Positions 1-7,833 of a stretch of 64,000 bases of DNA are shown in pieces. The notes beneath the pieces are model-generated. The model saw nothing but the letters and a program-made list of their open reading frames with translations, did not search any database and was not told where the DNA came from. The position numbers and the translations under genes are program-made. How positions within the stretch are numbered: the first letter of the stretch is position 1; the number at the start of each line of letters is the position of its first letter. The stretch is taken from the NCBI GenBank assembly GCA_040399745.1, contig JBBARP010000001.1, positions 170,617-234,616 of the forward strand, read 5' to 3'. This DNA is from Bdellovibrionia bacterium. GTDB taxonomy: Bacteria; Bdellovibrionota; UBA1018.

Positions 1-1
1 T

Positions 2-577
2 TCGAGCCAAGTTCTTCGCAAAGAACGCACTGGCGAAAACTGGATGAACGCGGGTTTCACCTTGGCAGTCACTGGAATCGCGCTTTGGGCGTTCCAAGGC
101 TACCGGGGCTTACCTCTTCCTGTTTTGATTTTCGCGCTCCTCGGTTGGGTGGGATCGCTCGTACTTCAGCGCATGCGGCTGGGGCGTTTCATCCTCGCGA
201 TCGGTGGAAACTCGGAAGCCGCCTGGCTGGCAGGCGTTCCCATTCGGAAGATCACTTTTGGGATCTACGTCACCTTGGGCGCGCTGGCCGGACTTTGCGG
301 CGCGATTCTTTCGGCTCGCTTGAACGGTGCGCTTCCCACGGCAGGGGATCTGTTTGAACTCGACGCCATCGCAGCCGTTGTCATCGGTGGCACGAGCTTG
401 CTGGGCGGGATTGGCACGGTCCGCGGTTCGATCTTGGGTGCCTTCTTTATCGGCGCTTTGAACAACGGGATGAGCCTGATGGGAGTGAGTGAGTTTTACC
501 AAAAGGTGATCAAGGGTGTGATCATCATCCTGGCCGTCTGGTTCGATACCCGCCAGAGCCGCGCCCCGAGAACTTAA
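2..577 (+). CDS. Sugar ABC transporter permease (XylH/RbsC family), 5'-truncated by window edge
   Basis: Hydrophobic protein with GRFILAIGGNSEAAWLAGV (EAA loop) and FELDAIAAVVIGGTSL motifs; frame is open to the window start. Confidence 0.9.
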   Translation, partial: SSQVLRKERTGENWMNAGFTLAVTGIALWAFQGYRGLPLPVLIFALLGWVGSLVLQRMRLGRFILAIGGNSEAAWLAGVPIRKITFGIYVTLGALAGLCGAILSARLNGALPTAGDLFELDAIAAVVIGGTSLLGGIGTVRGSILGAFFIGALNNGMSLMGVSEFYQKVIKGVIIILAVWFDTRQSRAPRT

Positions 578-1061
578 AGCGAATCCAGAGTTCCCAACCC
601 AAGGCAAAAAGTCCGATCGCTTCCGCAGTCAGCGTGACTGGATTCAGAAGCGAGTGGGCGTGTTCGCTCGCTAGCGCGTAGGGGATTGAGCCGAAAGTGG
701 CGCCGCGAAGGGGAAAGAGCAAAGCCTGGAGCGCGGAGAGGTCGGGAGCATGCAGGAGGCGGTCGCTGAAAGCATCGAGAACCAGGTGTGTGGCGGCACC
801 CAAGCTCAGTGCGGCCCCCGCGCGGGATCGCCGGATCCAGCTTGCGGCTAGAAGCAGCAGAAGGAAAATTCCAGTGTGGCCTATGGTGCGCGTGCCCACC
901 AACCAGCTGGAATGAATTTCGAGAATGCGAAAGCCGTAAAAGAGGGGCTTATCGATCAAATCGGGAAGCAGGGTTCCGATCGCAAGCGCGCGTAGGGAAA
1001 GACCTCGAGACCAGGGCTGAGCGAGTTTGAGTCCGATGCCGATATGGCCAAAGATGAACAT
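525..1061 (-). CDS. Membrane-bound metal-dependent hydrolase (YdjM/DUF457-like)
   Basis: N-terminal GH, LLPDLID, RTIGH and THLVLD motifs in a TM-rich protein. Confidence 0.75.
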   Translation of the reverse strand: MFIFGHIGIGLKLAQPWSRGLSLRALAIGTLLPDLIDKPLFYGFRILEIHSSWLVGTRTIGHTGIFLLLLLAASWIRRSRAGAALSLGAATHLVLDAFSDRLLHAPDLSALQALLFPLRGATFGSIPYALASEHAHSLLNPVTLTAEAIGLFALGWELWIRFKFSGRGSGGYRTRRPG

Positions 1062-1079
1062 CTCAGAGGGTTCCTCGGA

Positions 1080-3911
1080 TTACTTCCGCGTTCGAGAGCG
1101 CTCCCATTCGAGCGCTTTCTCTTGGTAGCGGAGCTTCACTTTGTGGAACAGGCTTTCGTTTCGGCCGATGCGCTGAAGGTAATCAGCAGGGTCGGCTTCA
1201 CCGCCTCCTCGCGAGAAAGCGTGGCCCAGGAGCCCGCCCGGCGGCAGGGTGCCAAAATCCATGAGCCGCGCGGCATCTTGGTTGGAGTCGGACTCCGAAT
1301 TTCCCCAGCCCATGAGGCTATCGTCCCAGCCATTTTCGCTCGGTGAATTCGATGCAGGCGCGCGCTTCTCGGAGAGAGCGGCTTTCTCTGACTCGCTCGT
1401 GCCTGTGCTCAGTTCCGCGGCGCGGTTTCCGTCGGGCAGCGCCGGAGGTGTCGAGGTGCCTGAACCAAGAGCGCTCGTCGCGCCACTCGATCCGCTCCCG
1501 CCGCTGGATCCAAAAAATGAGCTCAGACGCGAGCCAAAGGACGCACTGTTTGGATTGGCGCCACTCGAGCCTTCAGGTCCACTCCGGCTTTCATTCCCTG
1601 CGACCGCTCCCGATTGGCGAAGCGTGGTGTTCCAGTCGGTTCCACTGGCTTCGCTCTTGGATAGTGTTGCCCCTAAGTTTTGGCTGAGCTCAAGGCCCAA
1701 GCTGCTTCGATGATTTCCTGGGCCGTCTGCCAATGCATCGGCGTTCATGACGTCTTGGTTGGCTGAAATCAGGAGGCCATTTCCAGCTGCCGTTTCCGAG
1801 CCTGGGCACTCCAAGACGTCAGCAGAAGGATTACAAGTGCTTTGCGCCAGTTCAATCGAAGCGCCCAGGTCGTCGCGTTTACAGCCGTTAGGACAGCTCC
1901 AACTCACCACGCACTTTTGAGCCATCGTGACTTCGCGGTCCCGGCAAGTAGCGAGTTGAGACGTCCACTCGGCGTAGACTGCTGCGTGCGCCTGAATTTC
2001 GGCTATTTTCGCGTTTTCAAGGCCACTTCCGAGCGAAGCATTTCTCAGGGTTTGAATCTGCGCTTGATCGGATTTGCGGCAAGCGTCGATCTTCCCTTGA
2101 AGGTCTTTGCCACTGGCGCCGCTCGCGCATAGGTCCTGTTTCCAGGCAGTGTCCCCGCACGTCGTGGTTCGTGCGCCTCCTCCTCCAGACAGTGCGCTGA
2201 AAAAATTGCATCCAGCGGCTTGAGCTTCAGAAATAGGAAGCCATGCCAGAAGGCGCGCGAGCGCTTGAGTCCAAAAGGATTTGGGCTGACGAAGCTCCGA
2301 GTGCTCTTTCTGCGCAGTTCGGTAGTAGTCGCCCGAAGCGCGCCTCAGAAGGGATCGCGCCGTGAAGCTCCACTGGCAGTAAGCCAATTGAGCGGTGCCC
2401 AGGGCTTCGATCTTCCAAGCCGCCGAGGCAAGAAAGCAGAGGCTCGGCTGTTTTCCCGAGAATTCACGCTCCAGCTGCGCCCAGCCGCTGCCGCCAACGC
2501 TCAGATCGCGGGCGCCAGTTGAAGCTTGGAGTGAGCAGTCTTGGAGAGAGAGGGGCGCAAGAAGCGCCTTGGCTCCCGCTTTCGGATCGGGCGCAGGAAG
2601 GCGCGCTTCTAGACGCGACACCACAGCGTTTCGAAGGGCATCGAGATCTTTTTGCAGTTTCTCGCAGCCGGTCGCAGGGGGCTGGGTTCCGCTCAGTCGT
2701 CCAAAGGAAGCAATTTTTGCTCGGTTTTGCGCGACAAAAGTATCCCAGCCTTGGAAGCGACTCTCGAGCGGACGAAGGAAGCCTTTCTTCAGTTCCTCGT
2801 CACGGATCTCGGCCATCAATTCCATGAGGGCTTGGATGCTCTCGCCATTCACGCGGGCTGATTTTTTCAGGAATCGACTGGTAGGTCCGTTGATTCGGTT
2901 TTTCTGAGAGCACTGGACGTGATTGGACCAGTCGCCACTCTTGGCTTCGAAGAAGTCGTTCTCGTATTGGCCTGAGCTTGCGCTCTTAAACCAGCGCGAT
3001 TCTCCGTTTCGGGTGTTGGCGATCCCGTGGAGTGCAGTCGATTGACACGCTTCTGCCTCCGGAAAAATTGGGAACTCAACGATTTGATCGGCGCTTGGTG
3101 CCCCGAGTAAATCCGGTAAATAGCCTTGATAGAGACCGCGAATGATTTTTTTTCCCGAATACTTCGCGTCGGGGTGGTCCACGCTCAGTTGGTTCGAGCC
3201 TGCGACGGCGATCCGAACCATGCGTTCAAAAAGGCCTGCCGTAAACTCCCGGAGCTTTTGATCGTCCTTCAGACTCTTCGGAAAAGTGCTGCCATCGGGA
3301 CGTGTGGGTGGGGTCGGCGGAATCAGTCGGTTGGACTTCGGGAATTCCCAGCTCTTTCGAACATCATTCGGATGAAGCTGAATGCCTAAGAGGACCGAGT
3401 TTCCGTATCCAGATTGCGAAGAGGCTTCGTTTACCAATTCTCGAAACGTTTCACCGAGCGGGGTTCGCAGGTAATTCTCGAAAGCGTAGACGCAGCGGTC
3501 GACGTCGCCCGCAGGAAGGTCAAGGCCCGACGTAGCCGGGGCGTCCATCAAAGAATCAAAAGTGAGGTCGGCACTGCCTCCTAAAAAGTCGCGAGCTGCC
3601 GTGAGCGCGCTTTGCCAATCGCTGGTTTGATCCGAACTGAGCGTTCCAGCCGTGCCCAGCTTTTGCGAAAGACTCGCGCTGGGCTGCAGCGTTTTGATCC
3701 ACTCCCCAAAGGCCGTTTTTGCGGCGCCCCGGTCTAAGCTTGCGCCTGAGCAGGTGCCGCAGATGGAGTTCGGGAGTTGCGGCAGGGTGTCTGGGCAAGA
3801 GTAGGCTTGCGCCTGGGGGGATTCGAGCGCGAAGATTCCCAAGGCAAGGGCCCAGTGCCCGAGCCCTCGACTCCAAAGGTGTGCGAATTGTCGGAAGTCC
3901 CAAAGAGGCAT
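1080..3911 (-). CDS. Large secreted Cys-rich hypothetical protein with Gly/Ser low-complexity C-terminal region
   Basis: 943-aa ORF; signal-peptide-like N-terminus ending AQA; many Cys; no recognisable domain. Confidence 0.75.
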   Translation of the reverse strand: MPLWDFRQFAHLWSRGLGHWALALGIFALESPQAQAYSCPDTLPQLPNSICGTCSGASLDRGAAKTAFGEWIKTLQPSASLSQKLGTAGTLSSDQTSDWQSALTAARDFLGGSADLTFDSLMDAPATSGLDLPAGDVDRCVYAFENYLRTPLGETFRELVNEASSQSGYGNSVLLGIQLHPNDVRKSWEFPKSNRLIPPTPPTRPDGSTFPKSLKDDQKLREFTAGLFERMVRIAVAGSNQLSVDHPDAKYSGKKIIRGLYQGYLPDLLGAPSADQIVEFPIFPEAEACQSTALHGIANTRNGESRWFKSASSGQYENDFFEAKSGDWSNHVQCSQKNRINGPTSRFLKKSARVNGESIQALMELMAEIRDEELKKGFLRPLESRFQGWDTFVAQNRAKIASFGRLSGTQPPATGCEKLQKDLDALRNAVVSRLEARLPAPDPKAGAKALLAPLSLQDCSLQASTGARDLSVGGSGWAQLEREFSGKQPSLCFLASAAWKIEALGTAQLAYCQWSFTARSLLRRASGDYYRTAQKEHSELRQPKSFWTQALARLLAWLPISEAQAAGCNFFSALSGGGGARTTTCGDTAWKQDLCASGASGKDLQGKIDACRKSDQAQIQTLRNASLGSGLENAKIAEIQAHAAVYAEWTSQLATCRDREVTMAQKCVVSWSCPNGCKRDDLGASIELAQSTCNPSADVLECPGSETAAGNGLLISANQDVMNADALADGPGNHRSSLGLELSQNLGATLSKSEASGTDWNTTLRQSGAVAGNESRSGPEGSSGANPNSASFGSRLSSFFGSSGGSGSSGATSALGSGTSTPPALPDGNRAAELSTGTSESEKAALSEKRAPASNSPSENGWDDSLMGWGNSESDSNQDAARLMDFGTLPPGGLLGHAFSRGGGEADPADYLQRIGRNESLFHKVKLRYQEKALEWERSRTRK

Positions 3912-3991
3912 GAATCCCCGATCCCTCTTTTAAGTAAACTATTTTTGTCAGGAATTGGCAAGTCAGCGATTCCTGAGGTGAAACTCAAAAC

Positions 3992-4777
3992 ATGATCTAC
4001 TTAATTGGAATTATTGGGTTTTTATCGAGCCTCGCCCAGGCGACGACTTTTTCAGACCGACCCTTTGAAGACCGCGTCCAGGATGCGCCGGCCGTGGTTC
4101 GGGGGCGGGTGGGGATGAGCTACGTGGATTGGGGGGTGGGACCGGATGGGAAGCGCCGCCTCTATACGATTTACGAGCTTCAGGGCGAGGAAGTGTTTAA
4201 AGGCGAATTTTCCGATCCGGCGCGGATTCTGATGCGCGAACTGGGCGGGGAAAAAAATGGCGTGGGAATGCAGGTTTCCGGAGCCGCCCATTTTGAGCGA
4301 GGCGAGGACGTCGTCGTGTTCTTGGGGCCCCGCAACGCGGATGCGACCCATGACCTTCGCGGCTTGATGCTGGGGCGCTACGGCGTCGCGAAAGACGAAG
4401 AGGGCCAAGAGTACCTCCCCGACGCAGACACGCCTTTGGCCCTTCATCCCGATGCTCGCGATCACGCCGAGTGGGCGCAAGATGGCACTCGCCGTGTCAG
4501 GAAGTGGACGCTCACGGCTCTTCGCCAAGTGATCTCGGAACAAGCGCGCGAAAAGCGCGACGGACCGGGAAAGGGAACTCCTTCAGAGGAAACAGGCACT
4601 TCCCCGAATCCCGCACTGGGTGCGTCTACCGGGGCAAAAGATTCAGGAAATACGGCACCTGCCTTGCAACCTGAAGAGATTGACCCGGAGAACCGGGATT
4701 CAGGGAAATGGATTCTCTGGGTTCTGGGAGCGCTCTTGGTCGGCCTCGGTTGGGGATTCCTGCGACGCCGTCGCTAG
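3992..4777 (+). CDS. Exported protein with C-terminal membrane anchor; N-domain possibly TIMP/NTR-like OB fold
   Basis: Signal peptide AQA|TTF; pattern AVVRGRV...YTIYELQGEEVFKG...GG...F.RGE.VVVFL; Pro/Thr linker; TM helix followed by RRRR. Confidence 0.7.
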   Translation: MIYLIGIIGFLSSLAQATTFSDRPFEDRVQDAPAVVRGRVGMSYVDWGVGPDGKRRLYTIYELQGEEVFKGEFSDPARILMRELGGEKNGVGMQVSGAAHFERGEDVVVFLGPRNADATHDLRGLMLGRYGVAKDEEGQEYLPDADTPLALHPDARDHAEWAQDGTRRVRKWTLTALRQVISEQAREKRDGPGKGTPSEETGTSPNPALGASTGAKDSGNTAPALQPEEIDPENRDSGKWILWVLGALLVGLGWGFLRRRR

Positions 4778-4829
4778 GAGTACTTCTTTCGCGGCCTGAA
4801 TCGCTCGATTCAAACAGGGAGTCTCACGG

Positions 4830-6581
4830 ATGGGACGGGGTTGGGCTTGGGCCAAGATGGCCTGGGTAGGGGCAGGATTGTCCGCTGGCTTGGGGATGAT
4901 GGGCGGGACTGGAACGGCAGAGGCCTTCACTGAGGGCCTTTCCGAGCAAGGACGGCCCCTGCGCTGGATGGGAAGACCGCGCTTGGATTTGGCGGGTTAT
5001 CCCGTCAATCGAAGTGGGATCGGTAGCGAGTTCCTTTTTTCGACCGTGGTGCGATCGCTTCAGCTTTGGCAGGACGCCTCGCTCGGTCAAGTCGAGTTCG
5101 ACTACTGGCAGGGCCTGAATCCGAAAGTTTACGAACCCAACAGTGATTTCAACGGACTTTCGAGTCTCTATTTTTCGAGCTCGGGTGGACAGGCGCTTGG
5201 GCCTTCGGTCTTAGGCATGACGCAAGTTTGGTACGCCGTCGAGACGGGAGAAATCCTGGAAGCCGATGTTCAGCTGAACGACGTGGATTTTCGATTTTCT
5301 ACCAACGAAGCAGATACGTCTTCGCAGGGCTCGCGAAGTGTTTATCTCGCGAACGTGGTGGCTCATGAACTCGGCCACGCTTACGGTTTGTCTCATAGTG
5401 GGGTGGCTCAAGCTTCCATGTTCCCCATCGAAGCATCGGGCCAAAGCGAACCCACCTGCGACGATCAGGCGGGGATTCGCAGCATCGCGATCGGGTCCCG
5501 AGGTGCCGGCCGTGGAGAAGTGAGTGGGAGAATTCTGTCGGAAACCTCAGGAGGCCCGGTATTTGGCGCGCACGTCGTTGCCGTCTCGCGAACTTTGGGA
5601 AGGGTTGAGGGCTCGGCAGTGAGTGGACCGTCCGGTGAATTTAGAATCGGAGGGCTCGATCCGGGGGAGGTGCATCTTTTTGTGGAACCCTATTTTTTGG
5701 GAGGGGGTTCATTGCCGACGCCTTACCAAGGAATTCAGCCCCGGATTTGCCCGGCAGGGAATTACTTCTCTCGAACTTGGTGGATGAATCCTTCGGGCTT
5801 GGCTGAGCCTTTGGCGATCGCCATTCCTTCAGGCGGGGCTGCGCGCGCTCCGGATCTCGGGGTTCGTTGTTCAGGCACGAGCGACTTCTCTGCGTCGGTT
5901 GCTGCCATCCCCGGAACCTCTTCACTGTCGAGCGCGCCTCGTTTGGAGTGGAGGAGTGATCAGACCTTGGCGTTCGTCGATCGAATTGACTCGGGCGCAA
6001 CTTATTACCGGATCGGTTTTCTGTCGGGGACTCTGGAGGTGCGGACCACCGCGATTGCCCTCTTCTCGCAAGCCGCAACGAGGCTGAAGCTTCTGGATTC
6101 ACGGGGGCGCTGGATCTCAGCGGGCATTTCCCAGATCTCAGAAAGTGGCGATTCCCGGCTTCGTGCTGAAGCTTTGCCGCTGGACGAGTATGTTCTGAAA
6201 GTTGAAAAATTCTCAGCGAGCGGATCCGACTATCCCACGGGTGGCTTGGGGGTCGATCAGGTGCCATTCTTGCTCGTGACGGGAAGCTGGGGTGGCGGTT
6301 CATCCCCAAGTCAGGCTTTGGGATCGCTGTGCTCGCTTCCGACTCCTCAGCGTTCTTACCAAAGCCCTGCGGGCGATCCCAGGCGCCATTCGATGGACCG
6401 TGAAACGAGTATCGGGTTTTGCGGAAGTATTCGGCGTGCGGGAAGCGGGGATTGGAAGGGAAGTCCGGACTCCGGTCGATTTGAATCCGAGTGGGCAAGA
6501 GCCGTTCGCTTCTTCCTCCCTTTTTCGGCCATTGCTGTGGCTTGGCGGTGGCAGAGGCGGCGACGCCTTCCGACTCACTGA
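4830..6581 (+). CDS. Matrixin-family (M10, metzincin) zinc metalloprotease with carboxypeptidase-regulatory-like domain and C-terminal anchor
   Basis: HELGHAYGLSHS (HExxHxxGxxH) and Met-turn ASMFP; signal peptide; GRI...PVFGAHVVA...GEFRIGGL beta domain; C-terminal hydrophobic stretch plus RRRR. Confidence 0.85.
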   Translation: MGRGWAWAKMAWVGAGLSAGLGMMGGTGTAEAFTEGLSEQGRPLRWMGRPRLDLAGYPVNRSGIGSEFLFSTVVRSLQLWQDASLGQVEFDYWQGLNPKVYEPNSDFNGLSSLYFSSSGGQALGPSVLGMTQVWYAVETGEILEADVQLNDVDFRFSTNEADTSSQGSRSVYLANVVAHELGHAYGLSHSGVAQASMFPIEASGQSEPTCDDQAGIRSIAIGSRGAGRGEVSGRILSETSGGPVFGAHVVAVSRTLGRVEGSAVSGPSGEFRIGGLDPGEVHLFVEPYFLGGGSLPTPYQGIQPRICPAGNYFSRTWWMNPSGLAEPLAIAIPSGGAARAPDLGVRCSGTSDFSASVAAIPGTSSLSSAPRLEWRSDQTLAFVDRIDSGATYYRIGFLSGTLEVRTTAIALFSQAATRLKLLDSRGRWISAGISQISESGDSRLRAEALPLDEYVLKVEKFSASGSDYPTGGLGVDQVPFLLVTGSWGGGSSPSQALGSLCSLPTPQRSYQSPAGDPRRHSMDRETSIGFCGSIRRAGSGDWKGSPDSGRFESEWARAVRFFLPFSAIAVAWRWQRRRRLPTH

Positions 6582-6600
6582 TTTCGCCCAAAGCGCTCAC

Positions 6601-6629
6601 TTGCACGCTGAAGGCGTCGCCGTTAGGCT
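6601..6629 (+). promoter_or_regulatory. Sigma70-type promoter, probably giving a leaderless mRNA
   Basis: TTGCAC-N17-TAGGCT, 6 nt before ATG 6636, no SD. Confidence 0.6.
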
Positions 6630-6635
6630 GAAGCC

Positions 6636-7211
6636 ATGAAGCTGAACCTGCGCGCTTGGGGATGGGTCTTGGGTCTGGGTTGGGGATGGATGGCTTCGGC
6701 CGCTGCGGCAGCCCCGGTTCCTGGGTCTCAAGTGGCTTTGAATCCGGATAAGGTCGTTCCCACGGACGGTCGAAAAACTCAGCACTACTTGAAAGACGGC
6801 ATTTTCGTCGGCGGTGATCATCAGGTTCAGGAAGCCGTTGTGCGAGACATTCGCCGTGCTCCGAACGCGGGCTTTGAGCGCGTGGTGATCGATCTAGAAG
6901 GCACTCGCGACGGGCTCCCCATGGGGGTTCCGCGCCCGCCCTATTATCAGGTGGCGGTGACCTCGGATGAGCAGCGGGTGGTCCTGACGGTGTTTGGAAA
7001 GCCCAAGCTTTCCTTCGATGCTCAGAAGGTTTTGGCGCATTTCAAAAAGAGCGCTTGGATTCCCAGTATCGAATTGCTGCCGCGATTGAATGACGACTCC
7101 TGGACGTTTGTCATCGGGCTGAAACCTCGGCAGTCGGTCGAAGTTTTTGAGCTCTCCAAGCCCGCTCGCATCATCTTAGACATCCGAAATGAGCCAGGAG
7201 CTTCGTCGTGA
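6636..7211 (+). CDS. Exported AMIN-like domain protein
   Basis: Signal peptide; GFERVVIDL and FELSKPARIILDI resemble the AMIN RxVxD strands. Confidence 0.6.
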   Translation: MKLNLRAWGWVLGLGWGWMASAAAAAPVPGSQVALNPDKVVPTDGRKTQHYLKDGIFVGGDHQVQEAVVRDIRRAPNAGFERVVIDLEGTRDGLPMGVPRPPYYQVAVTSDEQRVVLTVFGKPKLSFDAQKVLAHFKKSAWIPSIELLPRLNDDSWTFVIGLKPRQSVEVFELSKPARIILDIRNEPGASS

Positions 7212-7756
7212 TCTGTCGCAACCGAGCATTCCTTTTCTGCAGTGTCGCCGCTCTGCTCGGAGTCACCGGGTGCGCTTCGGCCCTTCCGGTGAAACGCCAG
7301 GAGTACGCCGCTTCTCGAACCGAGCGAGTCTTAGAAGCCGAGTGGATGGATGTGCTCCGGGCGGTCGATTCGACGCTGCGGCTACAAAGGGTCGTGAAGC
7401 GCACTCCCGACACCGAAGACGTGCTTGAGCTTCGTCGTGCCGACGAGCGGACTTGGGAGACCGGCTGGATCGAATCCCAGTCGCGCGACAAGTACGTGGA
7501 GTACCAGCTAGATGGCATCCCCAAACGGAAGAACTTGGGTGTTCGACTCAAGTATCGGGTCGTCGCGGCGAAAGCGCTCGGCGGTGTCTCCTTGAAAGTG
7601 CGCCAGTGGGAGGAGCTGGAAAAACTGAATTCCCGAGGAATGTCTTTGGGCTACGACGAAGTGACCTCGGTCGATACTTCCCGTTCGGGAGAACTCCTCG
7701 AGAAGGTTCAGCAAGCGCTTTTGGCGGCTCCACCTTCGGCTGACTTGGGGCGCTGA
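7208..7756 (+). CDS. Hypothetical lipoprotein
   Basis: Lipobox-like VTG-C; GTGA overlap with upstream gene. Confidence 0.65.
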   Translation: MICRNRAFLFCSVAALLGVTGCASALPVKRQEYAASRTERVLEAEWMDVLRAVDSTLRLQRVVKRTPDTEDVLELRRADERTWETGWIESQSRDKYVEYQLDGIPKRKNLGVRLKYRVVAAKALGGVSLKVRQWEELEKLNSRGMSLGYDEVTSVDTSRSGELLEKVQQALLAAPPSADLGR

Positions 7757-7833
7757 GCGCGGCTCGGCAGGCTGCTGGCTGGAAAAACCGTCTGAGGGCT
7801 TGCCAAATTGTCTTTCAGGCCCAATTTGAGGGC

